DNA of 64,000 bases from the NCBI RefSeq assembly GCF_902713615.1, contig NC_052158.1, forward strand, positions 36,757,729 to 36,821,728, given 5' to 3'. Source of the stretch: Scyliorhinus canicula. Its lineage: Eukaryota. Position 1 is the stretch's first letter, and each line of letters opens with the position of its first letter. The position numbers and the translations under genes are program-made. The notes below the pieces were generated by a model. The model saw nothing but the letters and a program-made list of their open reading frames with translations, was not told where the DNA came from and searched no databases. Shown piece after piece: positions 50,221 to 60,848 of this stretch.

Positions 50221-50269
50221 CCAAATTTAAAACTCGTAAACTTAAATTAAACAAATTAATTAATTAGAG

Positions 50270-51225
50270 ATGGCTGGTCAGGTGATGTGCTTAAGCTGCT
50301 TGATGTGGGAGCTGGCAGATCCCATTGCGAGCTGCAGCGACCACATCTGCAGTAAGTGTTGGCTGCTCGAAGAACTCCGGCTCAGAGTTGATGAGCTGGA
50401 GTCTGAGCTTCACACACTGAGGCACATCCGGGAGGGGGAGGCTTACCTGGACACTTTGTTTCAGGAGGCAGTCACACCTGTCAGAGTAAATAGTTTAAAT
50501 CCTGCCAGTGGCCAGGGACAGCAGGGTGTGACTGCAAGTCAGGCAGGTAAAGGGAACCAGCAGTCAGGAACTCAGGAGCCTCAGCCCTTGACCCTGTCCA
50601 ACAGGTACGAGACACTTGCTCCCTGTGTGGATGGCGAATGGGCTGCAGGAAGGATGAGTCAGCTGACCAAGGCACCATGGTTCAGCAGGCCATTCAAGGG
50701 GAGGAAGTAAATAGGCAAGTTGTAGTTGTAGGGGATTCTATTATCAGAGGGATAGATAGTATCCTTTGTGAGCAGGATCGAGGGTCCCGCATGGTATGTT
50801 GCCTGCCCGGTGCTAGGGTGCGGGACATCTCTGACCGGCTTGAAAGGATATTGGAGAGGGAGGGGGAGGATCCAGTTGTTGTGGTCCATGTCGGTACCAA
50901 CAACTTAGGCAAGTCTAGGAAAGAGGACCTGTTTAGAGATTATAAAGAGTTAGGATTCAAATTAAAAAACAGGTCCTCAAGGGTCATAATCTCCGGATTA
51001 CTGCCCGAGCCACGTGCAAATTGGCATAGGGAGGCAAGAATAAGGGAAGTTAACACGTGGCTGAAAGAGTGGTGTGGGAAAGAGGGGTTCCTTTTCATGG
51101 GACACTGGCATCAGTTTTGGGACAGGGGGGACCTATACCGTTGGGATGGTCTCCACCTGAACCGAGCTGGGACCAGTGTTCTGGCGAAAAGAGTAAATAG
51201 GGTGGTCAATAGGACTTTAAACTAG
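50270..51225 (+). pseudogene. CR1 ORF1 (zinc-finger/leucine zipper + SGNH esterase), one frameshift
   Basis: CLSC...ICSKC...LRLRVDELESEL in one frame, then VVGDS, CLPGARV, HVGTNN and DGLHLN in the -1 frame from ~50638. Confidence 0.9.
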
Positions 51226-51359
51226 AGATTGGGGGGGAAGGGAAAGTCAGGGAACCAAGAGGTGAAGGGATCAGTGGGAAGCGTAGCTCCTTAGGATTAC
51301 AAAAAATCACGAAAAGACAGAGCTCAGGAGAGGTTACGATAGTCCCCATCTCACAAAAT

Positions 51360-54236
51360 ATGACACAGTGTATGGAAAGGCTCAGTAAACCAAGGTCCAT
51401 CACACTAAGAAAACAAAAAGGGACAGTCAATAGGGAATTAAAGGTGCTATATTTAAATGCCCGCAGTGTACGGAACAAGGTAGATGAGCTTGTGGCCCAG
51501 ATTGTGACTGGCAGGTATGATGTGGTAGGCATCACAGAGACGTGGTTGCAGGGGGTTCAGGACTGGCAGTTAAACATCCAGGGATTTACAACCTATCGAA
51601 AAGACAGAGAGGTGGGTAGAGGGGGCGGGGTTGCCTTGTTAATTAGAAATGATATTAAATCAATAGCACTAAACGACATAGGGTCAGACGATGTGGAGTC
51701 TGTGTGGGTAGAGTTGAGGAACCACAAAGGCAAAAAAACCATAATGGGAGTTATGTACAGGCCTCCTGACAGAGGTCAGGACCAGGGGCACAAAATGCAC
51801 CACGAAATAGAAAGGGCATGTCAGAAAGGCAAGGTCACAGTGATCATGGGGGACTTCAATATGCAGGTGGACTGGGTAAATAATGTTGCCAGTGGACCCA
51901 AAGAAAGGGAATTCATTGAATGTTTACAGGATGGCTTTTTGGAACAGCTTGTGATGGAGCCCACGAGGGAACAGGCTATTCTGGACTTAGTGTTATGTAA
52001 TGAGCCAGAATTGATAAAAGACCTTAAAGTAAGGGAACACTTAGGAAGCAGTGATCATAATATGGTAGAATTCAGTCTGCAATTTGAAAGAAAGAAGGTA
52101 GAATCAGATGTAAAGGTTTTACAGTTAAATAAAGGTAATTACAGGCGCATGAGGGAGGAACTGACAAAAATCGACTGGAAGCAGAGCCTAGTGGGAAAGA
52201 CAGTAGAACAGCAATGGCAGGAGTTTCTGGGAGTAATTGAGGACACAGTGCAGAAGTTCATCCCAAAGAAAAGAAAGGTTATCAGAGGGAGGATTAGGCA
52301 GCCATGGCTGACAAAGGAAGTCAGGGAATGCATCAAGGCAAAAGAGAGAGCCTATAATGTGGCAAAGAGTAGTGGGAATTCAGAAGATTGGGAAGGCTAC
52401 AAAAACAAACAGAGGATAACAAAGAGAGAAATAAGGAAGGAGAGGATCAAATATGAAGGTAGGCTAGCCAGTAACATTAGGAATGATAGTAAAAGTTTCT
52501 TTAAATACATTAAAAACAAACGGGAGGCAAAAGTAGACGTTGGGCCGCTCCAAAATGACGCTGGTAATCTAGTGATGGGAGACAAGGAAATAGCTGAGGA
52601 ACTTAATAAGTACTTTGCGTCAGTCTTCACAGTAGAAGACATGAGTAATATCCCAACAATTCAGGAAAGTCAGGGGGCAGAGTTGAATATGGTTGCCATC
52701 ACAAAGGAGAAGGTGCTAGAGAAACTAAAAGGTCTGAAAATTGATAAATCTCCGGGCCCAGATGGGCTACATCCTAGAGTTCTAAAGGAGATAGCTGAAG
52801 AAATAGTGGAGGCGTTAGTTATGATCTTTCAAAAGTCACTGGAATCAGGGAAAGTCCCAGAGGATTGGAAAATCGCTGTTGTAACCCCCCTGTTCAAGAA
52901 GGGAACAAGAAAAAAGATGGAAAATTATAGGCCAATTAGCCTAACCTCGGTTGTTGGCAAAATTCTAGAATCCATCGTTAAGGATGAGATTTCTAAATTC
53001 TTGGAAGTGCAGGGTCGGATTAGGACAAGTCAGCATGGATTTAGTAAGGGGAGGTCGTGCCTGACAAACCTGTTAGAGTTCTTTGAAGAGATAACAAATA
53101 GGTTAGACCAAGGAGAGCCAATGGATGTTATCTATCTTGACTTCCAAAAGGCCTTTGACAAGGTGCCTCACGGGAGACTGCTGAGTAAAATAAGGGCCCA
53201 TGGTATTCGAGGCAAGGTACTAACATGGATTGACGATTGGCTGTCAGACAGAAGGCAGAGAGTTGGGATAAAAGGTTCTTTTTCGGAATGGCAACCGGTG
53301 ACAAGTGGTGTCCCGCAGGGTTCAGTGTTGGGGCCACAGCTGTTCTCTTTATATATTAACGATCTAGATGACGGGACTGGGGGCATTCTGGCCAAGTTTG
53401 CCGATGATACAAAGATAGGTGGAGGGGCAGGTAGTATTGAGGAGGTGGGGAGGCTGCAGAAAGATTTAGACAGTTTAGGAGAATGGTCCAAGAAGTGGCT
53501 GATGAAATTCAACGTGGGCAAGTGCGAGGTCTTGCACTTTGGAAAAAAGAATAGAGGCATGGACTATTTTCTAAACGGTGACAAAATTCATAATGCTAAA
53601 GTGCAAAGGGACTTGGGAGTCCTAGTCCAGGATTCTCTAAAGGTAAACTTGCAGGTTGAGTCGGTAATTAAGAAAGCAAATGTAATGTTGTCATTTATCT
53701 CAAGAGGCTTGGAATATAAAAGCAGGGATGTACTTCTGAGGCTTTATAAAGCACTAGTTAGGCCCCATTTAGAATACTGTGAGCAATTTTGGGCCCCATA
53801 CCTCAGGAAGGACATACTGGCACTGGAGCGGGTCCAGCGGAGATTCACACGGATGATCCCAGGAATGGTAGGCCTAACATACGATGAACGTCTGAGGATC
53901 GTGGGATTATATTCATTGGAGTTTAGGAGGTTGAGGGGAGATCTAATAGAAACGTACAAGATAATGAATGGCTTGGATAGGATGGACGTAGGGAAGTTGT
54001 TTCCATTAGCAGGGGAGACTAGGACGCGGGGGCACAGCCTTAGAATAAAAGGGAGTCACTTTAGAACAGAGATGAGGAGAAATTTCTTCAGCCAGAGAGT
54101 GGTAGGTCTGTGGAATTCATTGCCACAGAGGGCGGTGGAGGCCGGGACATTGAGTGTCTTTAAGACAGAAATTGATAAATTCTTGATTTCTCGAGGAATT
54201 AAGGGCTATGGGGAGAGAGCGGGTAAATGGAGTTGA
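51360..54236 (+). CDS. CR1 ORF2 (AP endonuclease + reverse transcriptase), 958 aa, ATG start, intact
   Basis: YLNARS, ITETW, GDFN, SDHN; YLDFQKAFDKV, GVPQGSVLGP, FADD. No stops. Confidence 0.96.
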   Translation: MTQCMERLSKPRSITLRKQKGTVNRELKVLYLNARSVRNKVDELVAQIVTGRYDVVGITETWLQGVQDWQLNIQGFTTYRKDREVGRGGGVALLIRNDIKSIALNDIGSDDVESVWVELRNHKGKKTIMGVMYRPPDRGQDQGHKMHHEIERACQKGKVTVIMGDFNMQVDWVNNVASGPKEREFIECLQDGFLEQLVMEPTREQAILDLVLCNEPELIKDLKVREHLGSSDHNMVEFSLQFERKKVESDVKVLQLNKGNYRRMREELTKIDWKQSLVGKTVEQQWQEFLGVIEDTVQKFIPKKRKVIRGRIRQPWLTKEVRECIKAKERAYNVAKSSGNSEDWEGYKNKQRITKREIRKERIKYEGRLASNIRNDSKSFFKYIKNKREAKVDVGPLQNDAGNLVMGDKEIAEELNKYFASVFTVEDMSNIPTIQESQGAELNMVAITKEKVLEKLKGLKIDKSPGPDGLHPRVLKEIAEEIVEALVMIFQKSLESGKVPEDWKIAVVTPLFKKGTRKKMENYRPISLTSVVGKILESIVKDEISKFLEVQGRIRTSQHGFSKGRSCLTNLLEFFEEITNRLDQGEPMDVIYLDFQKAFDKVPHGRLLSKIRAHGIRGKVLTWIDDWLSDRRQRVGIKGSFSEWQPVTSGVPQGSVLGPQLFSLYINDLDDGTGGILAKFADDTKIGGGAGSIEEVGRLQKDLDSLGEWSKKWLMKFNVGKCEVLHFGKKNRGMDYFLNGDKIHNAKVQRDLGVLVQDSLKVNLQVESVIKKANVMLSFISRGLEYKSRDVLLRLYKALVRPHLEYCEQFWAPYLRKDILALERVQRRFTRMIPGMVGLTYDERLRIVGLYSLEFRRLRGDLIETYKIMNGLDRMDVGKLFPLAGETRTRGHSLRIKGSHFRTEMRRNFFSQRVVGLWNSLPQRAVEAGTLSVFKTEIDKFLISRGIKGYGERAGKWS

Positions 54237-55038
54237 AATCAACCATGATTGAATGGTGGAGTGGACTCGATGGGCCGAATGGCCTTACTTCCACTCCTAT
54301 GTCTTATGGTCTTATGGTCTTATGTATTTAATTCACCAGGGCTGGGATTCTCCATTCCGCATTTGCCCTGCCACCACTTCCAGCAAGAAGGAAGAATTTG
54401 GTGCTCAGCCAAAACTCATTCATTGCAGTGGGACCATAAATTCCTTCAGCATGAATCAATGGAGAATTCTGGCCCAAGGGTTCTTCATAAGCAGCTTCCA
54501 AATTCACAAATTCCCATCACGTCCAAAATTAAACAGAGCAGACGCATGACAACAACAGCAGCTGCAGGTTATTCTCCAATTCAAACCGCATTCAGACTGG
54601 AAAATATATCACTGCCCCTTCAATGCCACTGGATCAAAAACTTGGGAATCCATTCCTCTTGGGACTGTGAGTGGGCTTGTAGTGGTTCGTGAAGGTGACC
54701 TTCTACTGGTCGCTCAAGGGATATAGAGATGGGCAACAGATGCTGGCCTTTCCAGCAATACATATCTCAAAGAATAATGACAAAATGGAGCATGTTTCAG
54801 TATGGGGACATTTTGGAAATAGTGATTACATTAATATCAGCTTTTTATTGACATAATGAATGTGGAGAGGATGTTTCCCCTTGTCGGAAAATCTTGAACT
54901 TAGGATCACTTTTCAAAATGTCGAACTCGGGGTCGTCCGTTCATTTAAGACAGAGTTGAGGAGAAATGTCTTTTCTCAGAGGGTCGTGACAGGTTACCAG
55001 GAGTAGACTGGAATGTGTAGTTGAGGTTGCAATCAGAT

Positions 55039-55330
55039 CATTTGGCCCATCGAGTCTGCACCGACCCACTTAAGCCCTCACTTCCACCCTATCCCCGTAA
55101 CCCAATAACCCCCCTCTAACCTTTTTGGTCACAAAGGGCAATTTAGCATCGCCAATCCACCTAACCTGCATGTCTCTGGATTGTGGGAGGAAACCGGAGC
55201 ACCCGGAGGAAACCCACGCAGACATGGGGAGAACATGCAGGCTCCACACAGACAGTGACCCAGCGGGGAATCGAACCTGGGACCATGGCGCTGTGAAGCC
55301 ACAGTGCTATCCACTTGTGCTACCGTGATG
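55039..55330 (-). mobile_element. V-SINE
   Basis: Head, V-domain and a CR1-like tail. Confidence 0.85.
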
Positions 55331-57750
55331 CCCTTCACCAAAACAATGGCAGGTGTGGAACTCTGCCACTCAAACCAACACATTCTATCTTGATTCCTTT
55401 TAAACCTGAGACTTCTAAATTTGTTGCCTGCAAAGGGTATTAAGGAACATGGAGTTGAGGGAGAGATCACCCGTAATCTAATTGAAAGACACACGAGCAG
55501 TTGAATGACCTACACCATTTCAGATTGTCTCAAATATCTCCACTCTTTTGGCTGTCCTTGTACTGTGCTCTGGATGTGGCTGAATCAAGGCTATTCACAA
55601 TGTAGAAAATACTCTGATCTACCAAGCTGTTCCAAAATGGATGGTATCACATATCTATGCATTGAAAACTTTCAGGAATAATAACATTCTCTCAATGCCT
55701 CAAAGTTTTTAAAAAAAATTTCATGCTTCCGTCTACGCCACTTACAATGCCACCAATATTTGTGTGCTGAGGACCTGTGCCTTGTTATTTAAGCTACTGT
55801 AATAAATGTGAGCAGCTGAAGCCCCATCACAGAGCCTTGTGAGAAACCATTGACACGTTTATTCCTACTCTGTTCTTTACTGCCTTACCAGTCTCCTAAT
55901 CAGATCAATAAATATTCATTCAATTCCGTTAGCACAGGACTCTTCTGCTGAACTTTATGGAAGTTCATATAAACTACATTCATGGATTTTCTCCTGTCTA
56001 CTGATTCCTCAAACAATTCGATTGGGTATACCAGATCTCTGCTTTGCAAATCCAAGCTGTGATTCTCCAATCAGCTCAAATTTAGTCAAGTACTCTTTCT
56101 CTCTTCTTTCTTAAATGATGGAGCTACGCAAGTAATTTTCCAAACTACCCATACAATTCCCAAATTGGATCAACTTTGGAAGTTAATGGCTAAAACATCT
56201 GCAATTTGCTCACCTACATCCTTTAAAATCCTAATAAAGGTTCAGCATTACTTCTCAGTTTTGTACTCTGCGCTTCTATTTATGAAGGCCAAGATCTGTA
56301 ATGACCCAACTAATTTTCAATAACTTCTGACAGTTTATCTGTAAGTTTTCCCGATAACAATTTTGACCAGTTTTCTGTTTTCTGTCTCATCCCGTTAAAA
56401 GTTAGTGAAAATCGCTTATTGTCACAAGTAGGCTTCAAATGACGTTACTGTGAAAAGCCTCTGGTCGCCACATTCCGGCGCCTGTTTGGGGAGGCTGGTA
56501 CGGGGAGTCATACCAAAACCTAGAATATTAGTAAATAGCATCTTTCTCCTTTTTGAAACCAACATTGAATGTGATCATATTATGATCACTGTTTGATAAA
56601 CGTTCCTTTTTTGTTATGTTAACTGTATCTGGTTCATTACTCAATCCTAAATGGAGTACACCATGACCTAGTGTTGGCTCGCCAACATTTTGGAAGAAAA
56701 TTAGATTGAATGAAGAGGTTCAATATTTTTCTAACCTCAGTTACTGTGTTTCTCCTCATCTATGTTAAAAAGAAACCTTTTGTTTGCGACAAGCCTCTCT
56801 CTTGTTAAATAAATTTAGAGTACCCAATTCAGGGGCAATTTAGCGTGGCCAATCGACCTAGCCTGCACATCTTTGGGTTGTGGGGGTGAAACCTATGCAA
56901 ACACGGGGAGAATGAGCAAATACCACATGGACAGTGACCCAGAGCCGGGATCAAGACTGGGATCTCCGGGCCGCAAAGCAGCAGGGCTAACCACTGCACC
57001 CCCACACTGCCCCCTTGCTGCAAGCCTTTCTAATCTCTTACCTAATATTTTGTGTGTCACTTCAAAACTGTTTGCAGGCAGCCTGGCGACAACTCCCAGT
57101 ATATTCATATGTCCTTTTACATTTCACAATTCAAACTGAAATCACAATATTTTGCTTTCCCTTATCTAGATTATTTCTCTAATATTAGAATAATCCAAGT
57201 AAAATTAATTGTCTCTCAGTAAAGGCTGGGTTAGAAAATTGACAGCCAGCCTGGAATTGTAAAAGCAAATCGTGTCTGACAGGCTTGTTGAGAATAGAAC
57301 AATTGATATTTTGTATATCAATTTTCAAAAAGATCTGATAAAAGTGAAAGCTGTGGTAATAAGGGTCCAGTGTCAGTGTGTATACAACATTGACTACGAG
57401 ACAGAAAACATGTTTCTCAGGCTGGAGGCAAGTACAGAATGGTATTTCCCAGGGTTTGGTATTAGGACCACATCTCATATTGTAGATTATATTGATAACC
57501 TGGACCTGGGTATTCAAAAGATTAATTTCAAACTTTTCAGGTGGTAGAAATACAGTAAAAAAAGAAAGGATTGCAGCAGACTTCAGCGGGGGCACACAGA
57601 CTAGTGAAATAGGCAGGCAGGTAGCCAACGAGGTTTAATGCAGCCAAGTGCAGAGATGTCCAATTTTAAAAGACAGAATGAGGAGAGGTGATTACAAACA
57701 TCTTTAAAACCTCACTGACAGACACAGCCCGCAGTCGCTATTCTTCTTAC

Positions 57751-58023
57751 CCCAATCTCTGGCCTCCACTCCTTTGCTGCGCTGCTTATACCGACAGGAA
57801 TAGGTGGCGCTGTCCGCCAACTCTATCTGCACCCATCTTCTGAGCTGGTAGGTGCCATTGTGGTTGGGCAAGGTGCCCGTGGAATATGCGTCTGTAATCG
57901 GCTCACCATTTTTCAGGAGGATTACTTCAATATCGCAAGGGTAAAATCCAGTGACGAGACAGGGGAGTTGGGTCGGTTTAGTGGCTGATGCCTTGTCCAC
58001 AGAAATAAACATCTGAGGAGCGA
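57751..58023 (-). CDS. MHC class I-like alpha3 (Ig C1-set) exon
   Basis: Acceptor TGTTTTACTCTCAG (AG at 58025-58024) and donor GTAAG (57750-57746); 273 nt, phase 1-1. Encodes (V)APQMFISV...LPCLVTGFYPCDIEVILLKNG...TLPNHNGTYQLRRWV...TYSC...DW with 54 residues between the canonical Cys. Confidence 0.9.
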
Positions 58024-58244
58024 CTGAGAGTAAAACAGATTATAGTTTGTGTGAATAGTGTGAGGGCTTTAAACTGGATTTGGATACCTGATATCAGAAA
58101 CACAAATTCACAGAAATATTACAGCGCAGATGGAGGCCAGCCATTTTGCCAATTGTGCCGCACCAGCTCTCCAAACAAGCAACGTGGCAATGCCTTTCCC
58201 CTGCATTTTCCCCAGACCCATGCATATTGCTTCCATTCAAATCA

Positions 58245-60848
58245 AGAAGGGCCAAGTGGCAATGCACGCTTATGTGAAGAAGGCGAGCAGGATGCTTGCC
58301 CAACATCTTAGGAAACAGGAGGCAGCAAGGAAAATTTGCAGAGTGAAGGACAGGTAAGGTGGGGGTGAATGGTGAGTTGGAGGAGTTTTATAGGAGATTA
58401 TATGAGTCAGAGCCCCCGGCTGGGGAGAGGGAGGGAATGTGGTGGTTCATGGATGAGTTGAAATTTCCCAGGGTGGGCGAGGAACTGGTGCAGGGATTGT
58501 GGGCTCCCCTTGGGTTGAGGGAGTTAATGGATTTTAAATGTGGATGCTGGTGCTAGGTTGTTGGCGAAGGTGTTAGCTTCGTGAATTGAGGACTGTGTCC
58601 CGTGGATGATATGTGAGGACCAAAAGGAGTTTGTGAAGGTGAGGCAGTTGTTGTCGAATGTGAGGAGATTGCTTAACGTGATTATGATGCCCCGGAGGTG
58701 TTGGGAGGGTTTGCGTTGGGCAAGGGTTTGTGAACTTGGTTCGGTTGTTGCAAAAGGAACCGGATGAGTTTGGAATATTTCGGTTTGCACCATAGGACAA
58801 GGCAGGGGTGCCTGCTCTCACTGCTGCTTTTTGCCTTGGCGATAGAGCCATTGGCAATGGCGCTTGGAGTGTTGGGGGATGGAGAGGGATGTGCCAGGTT
58901 TGGGAGGTGGGCGCGGTCAAACACACCTTTTCGCTGTATGCGGATGGCCTGCTGCTATATATTTACGGCTGATTGGGGGGCATTGGCAGTATTATGGAGA
59001 TTTTGGAGGGCTCTGGTCAGTTTTCCAGAAATAAGCTGAATACGGGAAAGAACGAGGAGTTCCCGATTGAGACCAGAAGGCAGGAGAGGAGGTTGGGGGA
59101 GCCCCCGTTCAAGATGGTGCAGTCGAGTTTCCGGTATCTAAGCATTCAGGTGACGCGGGGTTGGGCATAGCTGCATCAGTTAAATTTAACTCGGTTGGTG
59201 GAGCAGATAAAGGAGGATTTTTAGAGGTGGGATGTGCTGCCATTGTCGTTAGTGGAGTGGGTGCAGACAATGAAGATGACGGTGCTGCCAAGGTTCTTGT
59301 TTATATTTCAGAACCACAGGATCGTCTTTCTGAAGTCATTTTTTGAAAAGGTTACTGCATTGTTCTCGGGGTTTGTGTGCGCATCAAGAGGGTTTTATTG
59401 GAGTAGTGGTGAGGAGGAGGAGGAGGAGAGTTGTCGTTGCCAAATATAATAGATTACTACTGGGCGGCTAACATCGATAGTGAGGAAGGGAGGGGTCGGA
59501 ATGGAGGCTACTTCTTGCAGGATAACGAGTTTAGGGGCACTGTCGAGAGCGCCTCTGCCGTTGTCGCCGGCCAAGTACTCCGTGAGCCCAGGGGTTGTGT
59601 CGGCCGAGAGGGTAGGGGGGCAGTGGAGGCAGTACTTGAGACTGGAGGGTGCCTCAGTATGAGCACCGATCTGTGACTACTAGGGGGGCTGGATGCGAGG
59701 TTTCAGGGGTGATTGAGCAGCTTGGAGATCTGTTCATAAGGGACACCTTAGCAAGATTAGAGGACCTAAAAGTGGAATATGAGCTGCCCCGGGGAAATGG
59801 TTTCAGGTACTTACAAGTGGGGGCGGAGGGAGGTGCCTTCCTTTCGCATGTTGCCGCTCTTGGGGCTGCAAGAAAAGGTGTTGGTAGGGGAGGAGAAGGT
59901 GTCCGAGGTTTATAAGGAGCTGATAGATTGGAGGGGGCCCGGTTGGGGGAAATTAAGCGGAAGTGGGAGGAGGAGCTGGGGAAGAGGTTGGGGGGAGGTG
60001 ATGGCTGGGACGTGGGAGGAGGCTCTGCAGAGGGTGAATACGTCCTTGTTGTGTGTAAGGCGCAACCTTATTCAATTTAAAGTCGCCCACAGGGTGCATA
60101 TGACGTTGGCGAGGATGAATAGGTTCTTTGAGGGGGTGGAGGGCAGCATGGTAGCATTGTGAATAGCACAATCGCTTCACAGCTCCAGGGTCCCAGGTCC
60201 GATTCCGGCTTGGGTCACTGTCTGTGTGGAGTCTGCACATCCTCCCCGTGTGTGCGTGGGTTTCCTCCGGGTGCTCTGGTTTCCTCCCACAGTCCAAAGA
60301 TGTGCAGGTTAGGTGGATTGGCCATGATAAATTGCCCTTAGTGTCCAAAATTGCCCTTAGTGTTGGGTGGGGTTACTGGGTTATGGGGTTATGGGGATAG
60401 GATGAATTGTTGACCTTGGGTAGGGTGCTCTTTCCAAGACCTGGTGCAGACTCGATGGGCTGAATGCCCTCCTTCTGTACTGTAAATTCTATGATTGGTC
60501 TGGGTGGTGTGCGGGGAGGTCAGCAAACCACATCCACATGTTTTTGGTGTGCCCAAAACTGAAGCGTTTCTGGCAGCAGTTTGCAGACATAATGTCTGAG
60601 GTAATGGGGGTGAAGGTGGTGGCCTCGAGCCCAGAGATAGTCATATTTGGGGTGTCGGAAAACCAGGAGACCAGGGGAAGTGAGAGGCCGATGTCTTGAC
60701 CTTTGCCTCCCTGATAGCCCGGAGATAGATTTTGCTTGGATGGAGGGACTCGGAGATTCCGAATCCGAATGTGGAAAATATCAAGCTCGTCTTGAGAGGG
60801 TGGGTTGATGAGTCCGCCCGGAGGTGGATGGTGTTCATCAACGTCTTC
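58245..60848 (+). mobile_element. 3' half of a degenerate L1 ORF2 (contains a SINE at 60141-60493)
   Basis: From KASRMLAQHLRKQE through RTRQGC.LS.LLFALAIEPL to IKLVLRG...RRW. Confidence 0.85.

Larger units (their letters stand above)
49723..54325 (+). mobile_element. near full-length CR1 LINE, family 2, inserted in an L2-like fragment
   Basis: 5' UTR with 80-bp repeats, ORF1, ORF2, 3' UTR and a (CTTATGGT)n tail at ~54297-54325. L2-like sequence is continuous on both sides. Confidence 0.95.

Noticed and set aside
55740-57041. GTAAG donor-like sites at ~55740, ~55884 and ~57037 as extra class I exons
   Set aside because: They lie within recognisable CR1 remnants and I found no matching acceptor with a plausible in-frame peptide.
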